A stretch of DNA of 64,000 bases from Burkholderiaceae bacterium (GCA_030695205.1 JAUYTN010000040.1:18426-82425); one strand, 5' to 3'; shown: positions 32,759 through 42,266, counted from the stretch's first letter. The notes: generated from the letters alone by a model not told the origin. Made by a program: numbers and translations.

Positions 32759-35635
32759 TTACTTGGTGAGGACGAAACCCTTGAGCTTGGTGAACGCGCC
32801 GTCCACCAGCGCCTTTTGCTGCTCTTGGTGCAAGTGGGCATAACCCACCGCCGGAGAAGCCGAGGACGCACGACCGGAGTAGCCCAACTTCTGCCCATCC
32901 AACATGTTTTCGTGGATGTAGTGCTGCACAAAGAACCAGGCTCCCTGGTTTTGTGGCTCGTCCTGGCACCAGACGATCTCAGTGGCGTTGGGGAACCTGC
33001 GCAGCTCGGCAGCGAAGACCTTGTGCGGGAACGGATACAGCTGCTCGACCCGAACAATGGCGACATCGTCTGCTTCGCGCTCGGTTCGCTTTTTGACCAG
33101 GTCGTAGTACACCTTGCCAGAACACACCACCACACGCTTGACCTTGTCGGCCTTCTTCAGGACGTCGGCATTGGACTCGGGAATGATGGTCTGGAAGGCA
33201 CCCCGGGTGAACTCCGACAGGGGCGAGGCCGCGTCTTTGTTCCGCAACAGGGACTTGGGCGTCATGATGACCAGTGGCTTGCGCAAATTGCGCACCATCT
33301 GACGGCGCAGCACATGGAAGATCTGGCTGGCGGTGGTGGGCTGAACCACCTGCATGTTGGTGTCGGCCGACAGCTGCATGAAACGCTCCAAGCGGGCCGA
33401 CGAATGCTCTGGACCTTGGCCTTCGTAGCCGTGAGGCAGCATGAGGGTGATGCCGTTGACGCGCCCCCACTTCACCTCACCGGAGGCGATGAACTGGTCA
33501 ATCACCACCTGGGCACCGTTGACGAAGTCGCCAAACTGGGCTTCCCAGATCACCAGCGTGTTGGGGTCATTGGATGCATAGCCGTACTCGAATGCCAACA
33601 CAGCCTCTTCGGACAGGATGGAGTCGATCACGACAAACGGGGCCTGGTTATCGGCGACGTTTTGCAAGGGCACGTAGGTCCCTTCATCCACTTTTTCGCG
33701 CTTCTGGTCGTGAATGACCGCGTGCCTGTGGGTAAATGTGCCTCGCCCACAGTCCTCACCGGACAGCCGCACAGGGTAACCGCTGGCCACGAGCGATGCA
33801 AAGGCCATATGTTCGCCCATGCCCCAATCGACCGGAATTTCGCCGCGCCCCATGGCAGCACGGTCGTCGTACACCTTTTTGACGAGCTGGTGGGGTGTCA
33901 CGCTGGCAGGAATGGACGTCAGGCGCTCGGCCAGACGCTTCCATTCGGTCATTGGGATGGCGGTGTCGCCCGCGTCTGTCCACTTCTTGCCGAGGTACGG
34001 CGTCCAATCGACTGCGTACTTGCTCTTGAAGTTGCTCAGCACCGGATCAACCGTGTGGCGGCCAGCATCCATGTCGGCACGGTAGGCCTTGGCCATGTCG
34101 TCGCCCAATGTGTCACCCATGCCCTGCGCGGCCAGTTTGTTGGCATAGAGCGCTCGCGTACCGGGATGGGCCGCGATTTTTTTGTACATGAGCGGCTGTG
34201 TCAGGCTGGGGGTATCCTGCTCGTTGTGTCCCAACTTGCGGAAACACACGATGTCCACCACCACGTCTTTTTGGAACTCCATGCGGAATTCCAGAGCCAG
34301 TTGGGTGGCCAACACCACTGCCTCGGGATCGTCGCCGTTCACATGCAGCACGGGCGACTCGATCATCTTCACCACGTCGGAGCAGTACAGCGTAGAACGG
34401 CTGTCGCGTGGATCGGATGTGGTGAAACCAATCTGGTTGTTGATGACCAGGTGTACCGTGCCGCCGGTGGAATAGCCGCGTGTCTCTGCGAGTGCCAGCG
34501 TTTCCATGACCACGCCCTGCCCTGCGAACGCCGCGTCACCGTGCACCAGCACTGGCAGCACCTGCTTGCCTTTGGGGTCCGCACGGCGGTCCATGCGGGC
34601 ACGCACCGAGCCCTCGACCACCGGGTTGACGATTTCGAGGTGAGAAGGGTTGAAGGCCAAGGTCAGGTGGACTGGACCGCCGGGTGTGGAAACATCGGAA
34701 CTGAAGCCTTGGTGGTACTTCACATCCCCGCTGGGAAGGTCTTCGGGGGCGGTGTGGTCAAACTCGGCAAACAGGTTCTTGGGCATTTTGCCCAGGGTGT
34801 TCACCAACACGTTCAAGCGGCCACGGTGGGCCATGCCGATCACGATTTCCTGCACGCCCTTCGCGCCTGCGGATTGGATCAGTTCGTCCATGCTGGCGAT
34901 GAAGCTCTCTCCACCCTCCAGAGAAAAACGCTTTTGCCCCACGTATTTGGTGTGCAGGAAGCGCTCCAGACCCTCAGCGGCGGTCAAGCGGCCAAGGATG
35001 TGCTTTTTCTTTTCGGCGGTGAAATTGGGTTTGGAGCGGATGGACTCCAGCTTTTCCTGCCACCAGCGCTTCTGGTTCTGGTCGGTGGTGTACATGTACT
35101 CGGCACCGATGGTGCCGCAGTAGGTTTCCCGCAGCGCGTTGAGCAACTCACGCAGAGGCATGGTGTCCCGGCCAAAAAACGTGTTGCTCGTGTTGAACAC
35201 GGTTTCCAAGTCGGCGTCAGTCAGACCGTAGAACGATGGCTCCAGCTCTGGAATCTGATCGCGCTCGGTGCGCTTGAGGGGATCAAGGTCAGCCCAACGT
35301 GCACCCACGTTGCGGTAAGCGGCAATCAGTTGCTGTGTGTAAACACGTTTGCGGCCCATTTCCGAGTCGGGGCTGGCAATGACCACTTGGGTCGTGCCCT
35401 GCTTGGCGCGCTCGGCAAATGCGTTGATGACGGGGAGGTGGGGCACGTCCCGAGCATCCGTCCCATCGCAAGCGGGGACGTTTTGCAGGGCGTCAAAGTA
35501 CTCACGCCAGTTGTCGGACACACTGCCTGGGTTTGCCAGGTAGTTCTCGTACATTTCTTCGACGTAAGGGGCATTGCCACCAAACAGATACGAATTGCCT
35601 TTAAAGGCGCTGTAGACGGTATTTGTCTCGTTCAT
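32759..35635 (-). CDS. sucA: 2-oxoglutarate dehydrogenase E1 component
   Basis: ATG at 35635 (MNETNTVYSAFKGNSYLFGGNAPYVEEMYENY) preceded by GGAGG. 958 aa full-length E1o. The track ORF extends a spurious 68 codons upstream. Confidence 0.97.
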   Translation of the reverse strand: MNETNTVYSAFKGNSYLFGGNAPYVEEMYENYLANPGSVSDNWREYFDALQNVPACDGTDARDVPHLPVINAFAERAKQGTTQVVIASPDSEMGRKRVYTQQLIAAYRNVGARWADLDPLKRTERDQIPELEPSFYGLTDADLETVFNTSNTFFGRDTMPLRELLNALRETYCGTIGAEYMYTTDQNQKRWWQEKLESIRSKPNFTAEKKKHILGRLTAAEGLERFLHTKYVGQKRFSLEGGESFIASMDELIQSAGAKGVQEIVIGMAHRGRLNVLVNTLGKMPKNLFAEFDHTAPEDLPSGDVKYHQGFSSDVSTPGGPVHLTLAFNPSHLEIVNPVVEGSVRARMDRRADPKGKQVLPVLVHGDAAFAGQGVVMETLALAETRGYSTGGTVHLVINNQIGFTTSDPRDSRSTLYCSDVVKMIESPVLHVNGDDPEAVVLATQLALEFRMEFQKDVVVDIVCFRKLGHNEQDTPSLTQPLMYKKIAAHPGTRALYANKLAAQGMGDTLGDDMAKAYRADMDAGRHTVDPVLSNFKSKYAVDWTPYLGKKWTDAGDTAIPMTEWKRLAERLTSIPASVTPHQLVKKVYDDRAAMGRGEIPVDWGMGEHMAFASLVASGYPVRLSGEDCGRGTFTHRHAVIHDQKREKVDEGTYVPLQNVADNQAPFVVIDSILSEEAVLAFEYGYASNDPNTLVIWEAQFGDFVNGAQVVIDQFIASGEVKWGRVNGITLMLPHGYEGQGPEHSSARLERFMQLSADTNMQVVQPTTASQIFHVLRRQMVRNLRKPLVIMTPKSLLRNKDAASPLSEFTRGAFQTIIPESNADVLKKADKVKRVVVCSGKVYYDLVKKRTEREADDVAIVRVEQLYPFPHKVFAAELRRFPNATEIVWCQDEPQNQGAWFFVQHYIHENMLDGQKLGYSGRASSASPAVGYAHLHQEQQKALVDGAFTKLKGFVLTK

Positions 35636-35800
35636 TGTTTCGCTGACCTCCGTTTCCCTCTGGGAAACATGAGCTGGTTGAGAAACCTTCCGCAGCACGG
35701 CTGTACCGTTGGGCGGATGCGACTGTGACAGGAAGGGCCAAGTTCTGCAGCCGGTGATTGTCGCACCACATCGGGGCCCTATCGGGTCACCGGCAAGATG
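35636..35800 (-). ncRNA. structured sucA 5' leader (candidate sucA RNA motif)
   Basis: About 290 nt gap upstream of sucA. Perfect hairpin GUUUCCC-aga-GGGAAAC (35652-35668) abuts the GGAGG Shine-Dalgarno. Further 7 bp stems are CCGGUGA/UCACCGG and CCACAUC/GAUGUGG. A sucA leader motif is described for Burkholderiales. Confidence 0.4.
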
Positions 35801-35922
35801 TGGATAAAAAAAAATGAAAACAAAAAAGCGACGTTGCAACGGGGCGAATGGTCAGTTGTGTGTCAGCGCAAACAGTCCAACGCCCAAAACCCAGATGGAA
35901 CAGGCACCCACCCCATGCAGAG

Positions 35923-36300
35923 CTACCGGGCGAGGCGAGGCGACAAACGCTGGGACACCGGCACCACACCAGGCTCATCCATTTCAATCGCGATTTGCGT
36001 ACAAACCGTGCGGCAAAGCGTCACTGCCTGCTCACTCTGCACCCGATAAATCACCTGAGTGCCTTCTTTGCGCTTGGCGAGTACACCAGTTCGGTACAGC
36101 ACATTCAGGTGTTGAGACAGGTTGGGCTGGGTGGTTTCGATCTCGCTGAGCAGCTGGGACACGGATTTCTCGCGGTCACACAGCGCACTGAGAATCCGCA
36201 GGCGCATGGGCGTGGCCAGAACGCCGAACAATTCGGCCGCCAGCTCGAACACCCGAACCTTGTCGCCCTGGTCGTTGCTTTCGATGGATTGCTCTTGCAT
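35923..36300 (-). CDS. ArsR/SmtB-family transcriptional regulator
   Basis: Winged HTH LRILSALCDREKSVSQLLSEIETTQPNLSQHLNVLYRTGVLAKRKEG. Confidence 0.85.
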   Translation of the reverse strand: MQEQSIESNDQGDKVRVFELAAELFGVLATPMRLRILSALCDREKSVSQLLSEIETTQPNLSQHLNVLYRTGVLAKRKEGTQVIYRVQSEQAVTLCRTVCTQIAIEMDEPGVVPVSQRLSPRLAR

Positions 36301-36401
36301 GCTGATAAAACAGAGTTACGTATATAAGCAACCATCATAACTTCCGCTCATGCAGCGGGTGCAGGCACAAACCCTCACCCGCCAGCATTCAGCGCCTGAG
36401 C

Positions 36402-38297
36402 TCAGGATTTGACCGCCTCTTTGATTTGCTGCAGGGCAGCTGGATCTTCCATGGTGGTCAGGTCACCCGCATCCCTGCCTTCGCAAATGGCCTGAATGGC
36501 CCGGCGCAGCAATTTGCCGCTGCGGGTTTTGGGCAATACCGACACGAACCGCACCCGTGCAGGCCTGGCCACAGCCCCAAGCTGTGCATCCACCACCTTC
36601 ATGATGGCCGACTCTAGCGCCGCCACCTCAGCATCGTTGGTGGCAAGGTCAGGGTTTTTCATGACCACAAAAGCCACCGCCACCTGCCCCTTGAGCTGAT
36701 CGGCAACGCCCACCACCGCCACCTCGGCAACGTTTGGATGGCTGGAAATGCTTTCCTCGATTTCGCGGGTACCCAGGCGATGGCCCGCCACGTTGATGAC
36801 GTCGTCGGTCCGCCCGAGGATGAAGAAGTAACCCTCCTCGTCTTTGACGCCCCAATCGAAGGTGCTGTACATCACCCGGTTGTGGATGCTGGACCAATAG
36901 GTGCTGACGTAACGGGCGTCGTCACCCCAAATGGTTTGCAGACAGCCAGGAGGCAAGGGACCGTCGACCGCAATCACGCCCTTTTTGTTCGGCTCGGTGA
37001 TCTCTTCTCCGGTGACTTCATCAATCAGTCGAACGTCAAAACCGTACACCGCCTTGCCGGGCGAACCAAATTTGGTGGGGGCTTTTTCCACCCCATTGCA
37101 GATGGCCATGATGGGCCAACCGGTTTCAGTTTGCCAGTAGTTGTCGATGATGGGTTTTTGAATGGCGTCGGCAATCCAGGTGGCGGTAGGCTCGTCCAGA
37201 GGCTCACCGGCCAAGAACAAGGCCTTCAAACTGGACAGGTCGTACTTGGTCAGGTAGCTCGGATCTTGTTTTTTGAGCACACGGGCAGCGGTGGGTGCGC
37301 TGAACATGACACTGACCTTGTACTTCTCCACAAGCTGCCACCAAATGCCAGCATCGGGGCGGATAGGCAGCCCTTCGTACATGATGGTGGCCATGCCGTT
37401 GATCAGCGGGCCATAAATGATGTAGCTGTGGCCCACCACCCAGCCGATATCGCTGGTGCTGAAGTAGGTCTCTCCGGGCTCGCCCATGTAGATGTGCTTC
37501 ATGGACGCGGCCAACGCGACGGCATACCCTGCGGTGTCACGCTGCACGCCCTTGGGTTTGCCGGTGGTGCCACTGGTGTAGAGGATGTAGCTGGGGTGGC
37601 TGCTGTCCACCCACTCGCACGGCACCTGCGCATCCATGCAGGCGTCACGCATGCTGTTGTAGTCCTGGTCGCGCCCGGCGACCAAGGCCATGTCGGCCAG
37701 CCCGCGGTTGACCATCAGGACTTTGTCGGGCTGGTGCTTCGCCAGGCGGATGGCCTCGTCGAGCAGGTGTTTGTAGGGAACCACCTTGCCACTGCGCATA
37801 CCGGCATCGGCGCTGATGACCACCTTGGGCGTGGCGTCGTCGATGCGGCTGGCCAGTGAGTGGCTGGCAAAGCCGCCAAACACCACCGAATGAATCGCTC
37901 CAATGCGCGCACAAGCCAACATGGCGAAACAGGCCTCGGCAATCATGGGCATGTAAATCAGCACACGGTCACCCTTGACTACGCCCAGGCTTTGCAAAAT
38001 GGCCGCCATGCGCTGAACCTCAGCGTGCAACTCGCGAAAGCTATAGGCCTTTTCTGTATTCGTTTCGGTGGAAACAAAGATGAGCGCGTTCTGATCGGGG
38101 CGGGTGGCCAGATGGCGGTCCACCGCGTTGTGGCACAGGTTGGTGGTTCCGCCGACAAACCACTTCGCAAACGGGGGCTTGTCATAGTCGCAGACCCGAT
38201 CAAACGGCGTTTGCCAGTCAATCAACTGCGCTTGTTCGCGCCAGAAACCGTCCCTGTCGTCAATGGAACGGCGGAAAAAATCGGTGTAGCTTGTCAT
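36402..38297 (-). CDS. prpE: propionate--CoA ligase-like acyl-CoA synthetase
   Basis: AMP-binding motif YTSGTTGKPKG. N-terminus FWREQAQLIDWQTPFDRVCDYDKPPFAKWFVGGTTNLCHNAVDRHL is typical of PrpE/ACS-type enzymes. 631 aa. Confidence 0.8.
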   Translation of the reverse strand: MTSYTDFFRRSIDDRDGFWREQAQLIDWQTPFDRVCDYDKPPFAKWFVGGTTNLCHNAVDRHLATRPDQNALIFVSTETNTEKAYSFRELHAEVQRMAAILQSLGVVKGDRVLIYMPMIAEACFAMLACARIGAIHSVVFGGFASHSLASRIDDATPKVVISADAGMRSGKVVPYKHLLDEAIRLAKHQPDKVLMVNRGLADMALVAGRDQDYNSMRDACMDAQVPCEWVDSSHPSYILYTSGTTGKPKGVQRDTAGYAVALAASMKHIYMGEPGETYFSTSDIGWVVGHSYIIYGPLINGMATIMYEGLPIRPDAGIWWQLVEKYKVSVMFSAPTAARVLKKQDPSYLTKYDLSSLKALFLAGEPLDEPTATWIADAIQKPIIDNYWQTETGWPIMAICNGVEKAPTKFGSPGKAVYGFDVRLIDEVTGEEITEPNKKGVIAVDGPLPPGCLQTIWGDDARYVSTYWSSIHNRVMYSTFDWGVKDEEGYFFILGRTDDVINVAGHRLGTREIEESISSHPNVAEVAVVGVADQLKGQVAVAFVVMKNPDLATNDAEVAALESAIMKVVDAQLGAVARPARVRFVSVLPKTRSGKLLRRAIQAICEGRDAGDLTTMEDPAALQQIKEAVKS

Positions 38298-38321
38298 GGC
38301 GGGTCTCCGTGGGTGGCAGGT

Positions 38322-38337
38322 ATTATGAATTCATAAT
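38322..38337. promoter_or_regulatory. perfect 16 bp AT-rich palindrome ATTATGAATTCATAAT upstream of prpE-like gene
   Basis: Read directly; 25-40 nt upstream of the ATG at 38297. Stands out in GC-rich surroundings. Confidence 0.5.
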
Positions 38338-38384
38338 TATGTTTTCAGGCGCTTTCTTGTGGCTGACACCGTGCATACACGGGG

Positions 38385-39008
38385 TCACTTCACCAGGGAC
38401 AGCGCTTCACGAAACGCGGGATGTTCACAAGTTTGCAGCCACTCAAACACCACCATCTCAGTGGTGACAAGCTCTACACCCGCCCCTGCCAAACGGTCAA
38501 ACGCCGCATCCCGGTTGCGCTCGGTGCGGGAGCTGCAGGCATCCGTCACCACCCACACATCAAACTCGTGCTCGACCAACTGCAACGCGGTTTGCAGCAG
38601 ACACACATGCGCCTCACACCCGGCCAAGAGAATGGTGTTTCGCTCTGTAGGTGCCGGGGCTGGTGCTTTTTGCAAGTGTTTAGGCAAGCTGCGGGCATTG
38701 CCCGAGGTGGGTTTGACCGGCGGCCGCAACCGATCAGCCAGTCCGTCGGCAACCGCTCCAAAATGCATCTTGCTCAGGGTGTGGTTGCACAGAGCCTTCA
38801 ATTCGGGGAAGTTGGGACCGAGACGGCTGGGGTTTTGTTCGGTTCCCCACACAGGCACGTCCAGCAACCTGGCAGCCCTGGCCAACAGCAGGGCATTGGC
38901 CTGCACCTGGGCATGGTCCCGCATGACTGGCATGAGCTTCAACTGGTAGTCAACACACACAACTTGGGATTCCACGGCGTCAATCAGCACAGCATTTCCT
39001 TGGTTCAA
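38385..39008 (-). CDS. isochorismatase-family hydrolase
   Basis: Cysteine hydrolase fold with VWVVTDACSS catalytic Cys region. Confidence 0.85.
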   Translation of the reverse strand: MNQGNAVLIDAVESQVVCVDYQLKLMPVMRDHAQVQANALLLARAARLLDVPVWGTEQNPSRLGPNFPELKALCNHTLSKMHFGAVADGLADRLRPPVKPTSGNARSLPKHLQKAPAPAPTERNTILLAGCEAHVCLLQTALQLVEHEFDVWVVTDACSSRTERNRDAAFDRLAGAGVELVTTEMVVFEWLQTCEHPAFREALSLVK

Positions 39009-39125
39009 AAGTTTCGGACACAGATCGACAATATATAGTGCGACACCATGCCAGTCAGGGCACCATCGCCGTTATGGCGTTGCACCCTGTGTACCCTTGG
39101 CCCCAACCCCGTTAGCTGCGAATCC

Positions 39126-39755
39126 ATGAAACTGTTCCCCCGCTCGATTCCCTGTACCTCGTACGTGATGCTGCTGACACTGGCCGCTGCCTTTTGGCAT
39201 GGCCAGGCGAGCGCCGAACCAGACCAGCCAGTCACGCCAACCTCAACGGTCGCATCGGTGGTGTCGGCAGCGGAATCTGCCTACTCGGTGTCCAGCGCAC
39301 TGGTGCTGACCAAAGCCACTGAGTTCAGAGAGCAAGTGTCCACCACCACTTCGGATCTGGTCATGACCGCGTTGGGTTTTCTGGGGGTGCCTTACCGACG
39401 CGGTGGCGAGGACGCGGAGCAAGGGTTTGACTGCAGCGGTTTTGTGCGCTCCACCTACGAACAGACACTGGGCCTGGTTCTTCCCCGGCGGGCCGAAGAA
39501 CAGGCCCGAGCCACCACCCGAATCAGCCGCGAAGAGCTCAAGCCAGGTGACCTGGTCTTTTTCAACACCATGCGCCGCGCATTCAGCCATGTGGGCATTT
39601 ACCTGGGGGACGGCAAGTTTATCCATGCCCCCCGCCCCGGGAAGAACGTCAGGGTGGAAGACATGCGGGTGGCGTACTGGACCAAACGCTTCAATGGCGC
39701 ACGCCGGGTCGATGCCGCTGCGGACCTGAACATGAACCCCGTGATTGGGCGGTAA
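39126..39755 (+). CDS. C40 (NlpC/P60) family peptidoglycan peptidase, secreted
   Basis: ATG at 39126 gives a signal peptide (…WHGQASA). Catalytic FDCSGFV and HVGIYLGDGKFIHA. Confidence 0.9.
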   Translation: MKLFPRSIPCTSYVMLLTLAAAFWHGQASAEPDQPVTPTSTVASVVSAAESAYSVSSALVLTKATEFREQVSTTTSDLVMTALGFLGVPYRRGGEDAEQGFDCSGFVRSTYEQTLGLVLPRRAEEQARATTRISREELKPGDLVFFNTMRRAFSHVGIYLGDGKFIHAPRPGKNVRVEDMRVAYWTKRFNGARRVDAAADLNMNPVIGR

Positions 39756-39802
39756 GGCTGTCTGGGCCACCGCCAGCCCGCCATCCACTGCCACACACCC
39801 AT

Positions 39803-39830
39803 AAAAAAAGCCTCTGAACGAGGCTTTTTT
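39803..39830. terminator. bidirectional rho-independent terminator
   Basis: AAAAAAA-GCCTC-tgaac-GAGGC-TTTTTT lies between the convergent NlpC/P60 and phasin genes. Confidence 0.8.
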
Positions 39831-39892
39831 ATGGGTGCCAGGGGCTGCTGGTGGCACGCCCTGTGCCACGCGCGCTGCCCCTGTGTGGCCAA

Positions 39893-40441
39893 TCAGGCCT
39901 TAGCGGTCACAGTGGAAGCGGCCTTGAGGGCTTGCTCGGTGGCAGCGGTTACGCTGGCTTCTGTCATTGACACTGCTTGCTTGGCTGCTTTTTGCAGGCT
40001 TTCAACTGCATTCTGGCTGGTGGCCATGGCAGTCTTGAGCACAGCAACAGCAGACTCGGTGCCAGCAGGTGCATTTTTGGTGATGTTTTCCATCGCCTTT
40101 TCCATGGCCTTCTGGCCTTCGGCGGCTTTGCCTTCCAGCGCCTTGGTCAGGTCGCTGGTGGCGTCGGTCACGATGGACTGCACATGGCGGCTGTAAGCCA
40201 CGGTTTTCTGGGCCATGGGGGCCACAGCACCAGCTTGCAGAGCCATGACTTGCTGTGGGTCTTTGGCTTCCATCAGAGCCTGGGCGTGGGCAAAAGACTC
40301 GGTCATCACAGCCTTGGTGGCGGCCATGTTGAGTTCAACCAGTTTTTCAAAGCCAGAATAGGCCTTGGTAGCAGCTGCCTGCGCGGCATCCAGGTTGGCT
40401 TTGTTGGCGGCGGCGAATTGCTCGGGAGTGGTGTTGATCAT
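39893..40441 (-). CDS. phaP: phasin-family protein (PHA granule-associated)
   Basis: ATG at 40441 (MINTTPEQFAAANKANLD...). Ala/Lys/Glu-rich helical protein typical of Phasin_2. Confidence 0.85.
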   Translation of the reverse strand: MINTTPEQFAAANKANLDAAQAAATKAYSGFEKLVELNMAATKAVMTESFAHAQALMEAKDPQQVMALQAGAVAPMAQKTVAYSRHVQSIVTDATSDLTKALEGKAAEGQKAMEKAMENITKNAPAGTESAVAVLKTAMATSQNAVESLQKAAKQAVSMTEASVTAATEQALKAASTVTAKA

Positions 40442-40490
40442 GGTGGGCTTTCGGAAAGGTTGGTTGAAACACAGTGCTGTCGTGGAACTT

Positions 40491-40560
40491 ATGTTGCACT
40501 GCAGCATGGGCTCAATTATAGGGAAAACCCGGGTTTTGTCCAGAAAAATGTTGCAGTGCA
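40491..40560. promoter_or_regulatory. repeated ATGTTGCA(C/G)TGCA boxes flanking an AAAACCCGGGTTTT palindrome (candidate PhaR-type operators)
   Basis: Boxes at 40491-40503 and 40548-40560; palindrome at 40524-40537. All lie in the divergent region upstream of the phasin gene. Confidence 0.35.
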
Positions 40561-40665
40561 CAAAATACAACAAGCCATCTGTGCAAACACGATGCACCGA
40601 GACTGCGGACAATGAAGCCATGTTCAACTTGTCCACCCCAACCCTTCGGTCAAAGACTGTCCACC

Positions 40666-41433
40666 ATGCCTATTCCTTCTTTGGTTGCAAGCATGTTGTG
40701 CTGCGTTTTGATGCTGTTTCTGGCGCCAGCCGCAGCTGATAGCAGGGCAACACCTCCGAAACACCTTCCTGCGGCACCACAGGCCCCCACCACTGTCCGG
40801 ACCTGCCAGGCCCCTGCCCCAGCATCTGCGTATGTGCTGGGCGACTCATTGGCTTTCGGGCTCAAACTCGCGGGTACCGAGGTCACGCTGCGGGCGCTGT
40901 TGCGCGGCCCCCAGCGAATCAGTTACGACGGAGGCCGGTCCATCACCACGCCAGGCGCGCACATCCGGAAAACCGCACTGGAAAGCGTCGATTTGGACGC
41001 TGAATTCATCGCCAAGGCCAAAGTGGTCGTGATCGTGCTGGGCACGAACATTCTGGAGTCTGACTTCACCGCCAGCCAGACGGACCTTCTGAAGCGGCTC
41101 AAGGCGTTAGCCCCTGACGCGAGGTACTACTGGGTGGATATTGCTGCCACCATGTCCACCTACGCCCAGGCGTGGAGCGAACGCAATCGGCTGATTTATG
41201 GCAACGCCGATGCCTTGGGTTACCGGGTCATCAGTCGGTACCAGGCTATTTTTGGGCCTAACGCAGACCCGCTGAACATCCGCTCGGGATGGGTGTTCCC
41301 GGGCATGGTGTCCGAACCCGGCTACGGTGGGGAAGGAAGCATCCACGGACACGACATCACTTTGGCCGAAGCCATTGTCGACGCACTGCTGGCTGACCTT
41401 GACCTCATCACGGGCCCAGCAGTCTGCCGCTGA
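40666..41433 (+). CDS. secreted hypothetical protein, SGNH/GDSL-hydrolase-like
   Basis: ATG at 40666 gives a signal peptide (…LAPAAADS). YVLGDSLAFG resembles GDSL block I. The rest is unassigned. Confidence 0.6.
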   Translation: MPIPSLVASMLCCVLMLFLAPAAADSRATPPKHLPAAPQAPTTVRTCQAPAPASAYVLGDSLAFGLKLAGTEVTLRALLRGPQRISYDGGRSITTPGAHIRKTALESVDLDAEFIAKAKVVVIVLGTNILESDFTASQTDLLKRLKALAPDARYYWVDIAATMSTYAQAWSERNRLIYGNADALGYRVISRYQAIFGPNADPLNIRSGWVFPGMVSEPGYGGEGSIHGHDITLAEAIVDALLADLDLITGPAVCR

Positions 41434-41499
41434 CCATGGCGCGCCGTGGACCAGCACCGCTGCAGGGTGCTCTAGCTGCAGGTAAAAGCCGCAGCGACT

Positions 41500-42009
41500 T
41501 CAGGCGTTTGGCGCACAGGGCTGCTCGTCCACCTGCCCGGGCAGCCCCCAGCGTGCAGCGGCGGCATCGTCGCTGACGCGGGCATCCACCCACCGCGCAC
41601 CTTCGGGAGTTTGTTCTTTTTTCCAGAACGGCGCGTGGCTTTTGAGGTAGTCCATCAGAAACTCACAGGCCAGGTAACTTTGGCCACGGTGGGCAGAGGC
41701 AACCGCCACCATGACAATCTGGTCCAACGGCTGCAGCACACCCACCCGGTGGATAACGCACGCGCCCAAAATGTCGAACCTGCGATGGGCTTCGGCCACC
41801 ATGGCCTCTATGGCCTTTTCGGTCATGCCGGGGTAGTGCTCAAGCTCCATGGTCTGCACAGCGCTGCCCTCATTGCGGTCACGCACCGTGCCCACAAAGC
41901 TGCACACCGCGCCCACACCGGGCTGGTTGGCCCGCAGGTGGGCCACTTCGGTGCTGAGGTCAAAGTCTTGGGTTTGGATCGAGACTCGGGGGGTGTCCAT
42001 GGTCAGCAT
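41500..42009 (-). CDS. moaE: molybdopterin synthase catalytic subunit
   Basis: MoaE fold motifs (FVGTVRD, ELEHYPGMTEK). Follows moaD. Confidence 0.92.
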   Translation of the reverse strand: MLTMDTPRVSIQTQDFDLSTEVAHLRANQPGVGAVCSFVGTVRDRNEGSAVQTMELEHYPGMTEKAIEAMVAEAHRRFDILGACVIHRVGVLQPLDQIVMVAVASAHRGQSYLACEFLMDYLKSHAPFWKKEQTPEGARWVDARVSDDAAAARWGLPGQVDEQPCAPNA

Positions 42010-42014
42010 CCGGT

Positions 42015-42266
42015 TCAGCCGCCGGTGACGGGTGGAAAGAACGCCACCTCGGCACCCTCGACCAAGGCTGCCGACTCCTCCGCCATGGTCTGGTTCAAGG
42101 CAACGCGCACCGGGCGCTCGCGCGACAAAACCTCGGCAGCCGGGCCACCACGGGCCACCAGCTCGTCGCGCAGCGCAGCCAGTGTGGTGGCATGGGTGGT
42201 GACCGCTTCACTGGCAGTGCCCATGGATTCCCGGATAGAGGCGAAGTATTTGATGGTGATGTGCAT
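42015..42266 (-). CDS. moaD: molybdopterin synthase sulfur carrier subunit
   Basis: 83 aa ubiquitin-like protein ending in GG. Confidence 0.85.
   Translation of the reverse strand: MHITIKYFASIRESMGTASEAVTTHATTLAALRDELVARGGPAAEVLSRERPVRVALNQTMAEESAALVEGAEVAFFPPVTGG

Noticed and set aside
32399-35728. 1109 aa plus-strand ORF, the longest in the track
   Set aside because: It lies entirely antisense to sucB/sucA, which have unambiguous enzyme motifs on the minus strand. The translation is low-complexity (Arg/Gly/His/Val-rich) with no motifs. It is a typical stop-poor antisense frame in GC-rich DNA.
36738-37859. 373 aa plus-strand ORF
   Set aside because: It is antisense to the acyl-CoA synthetase gene.
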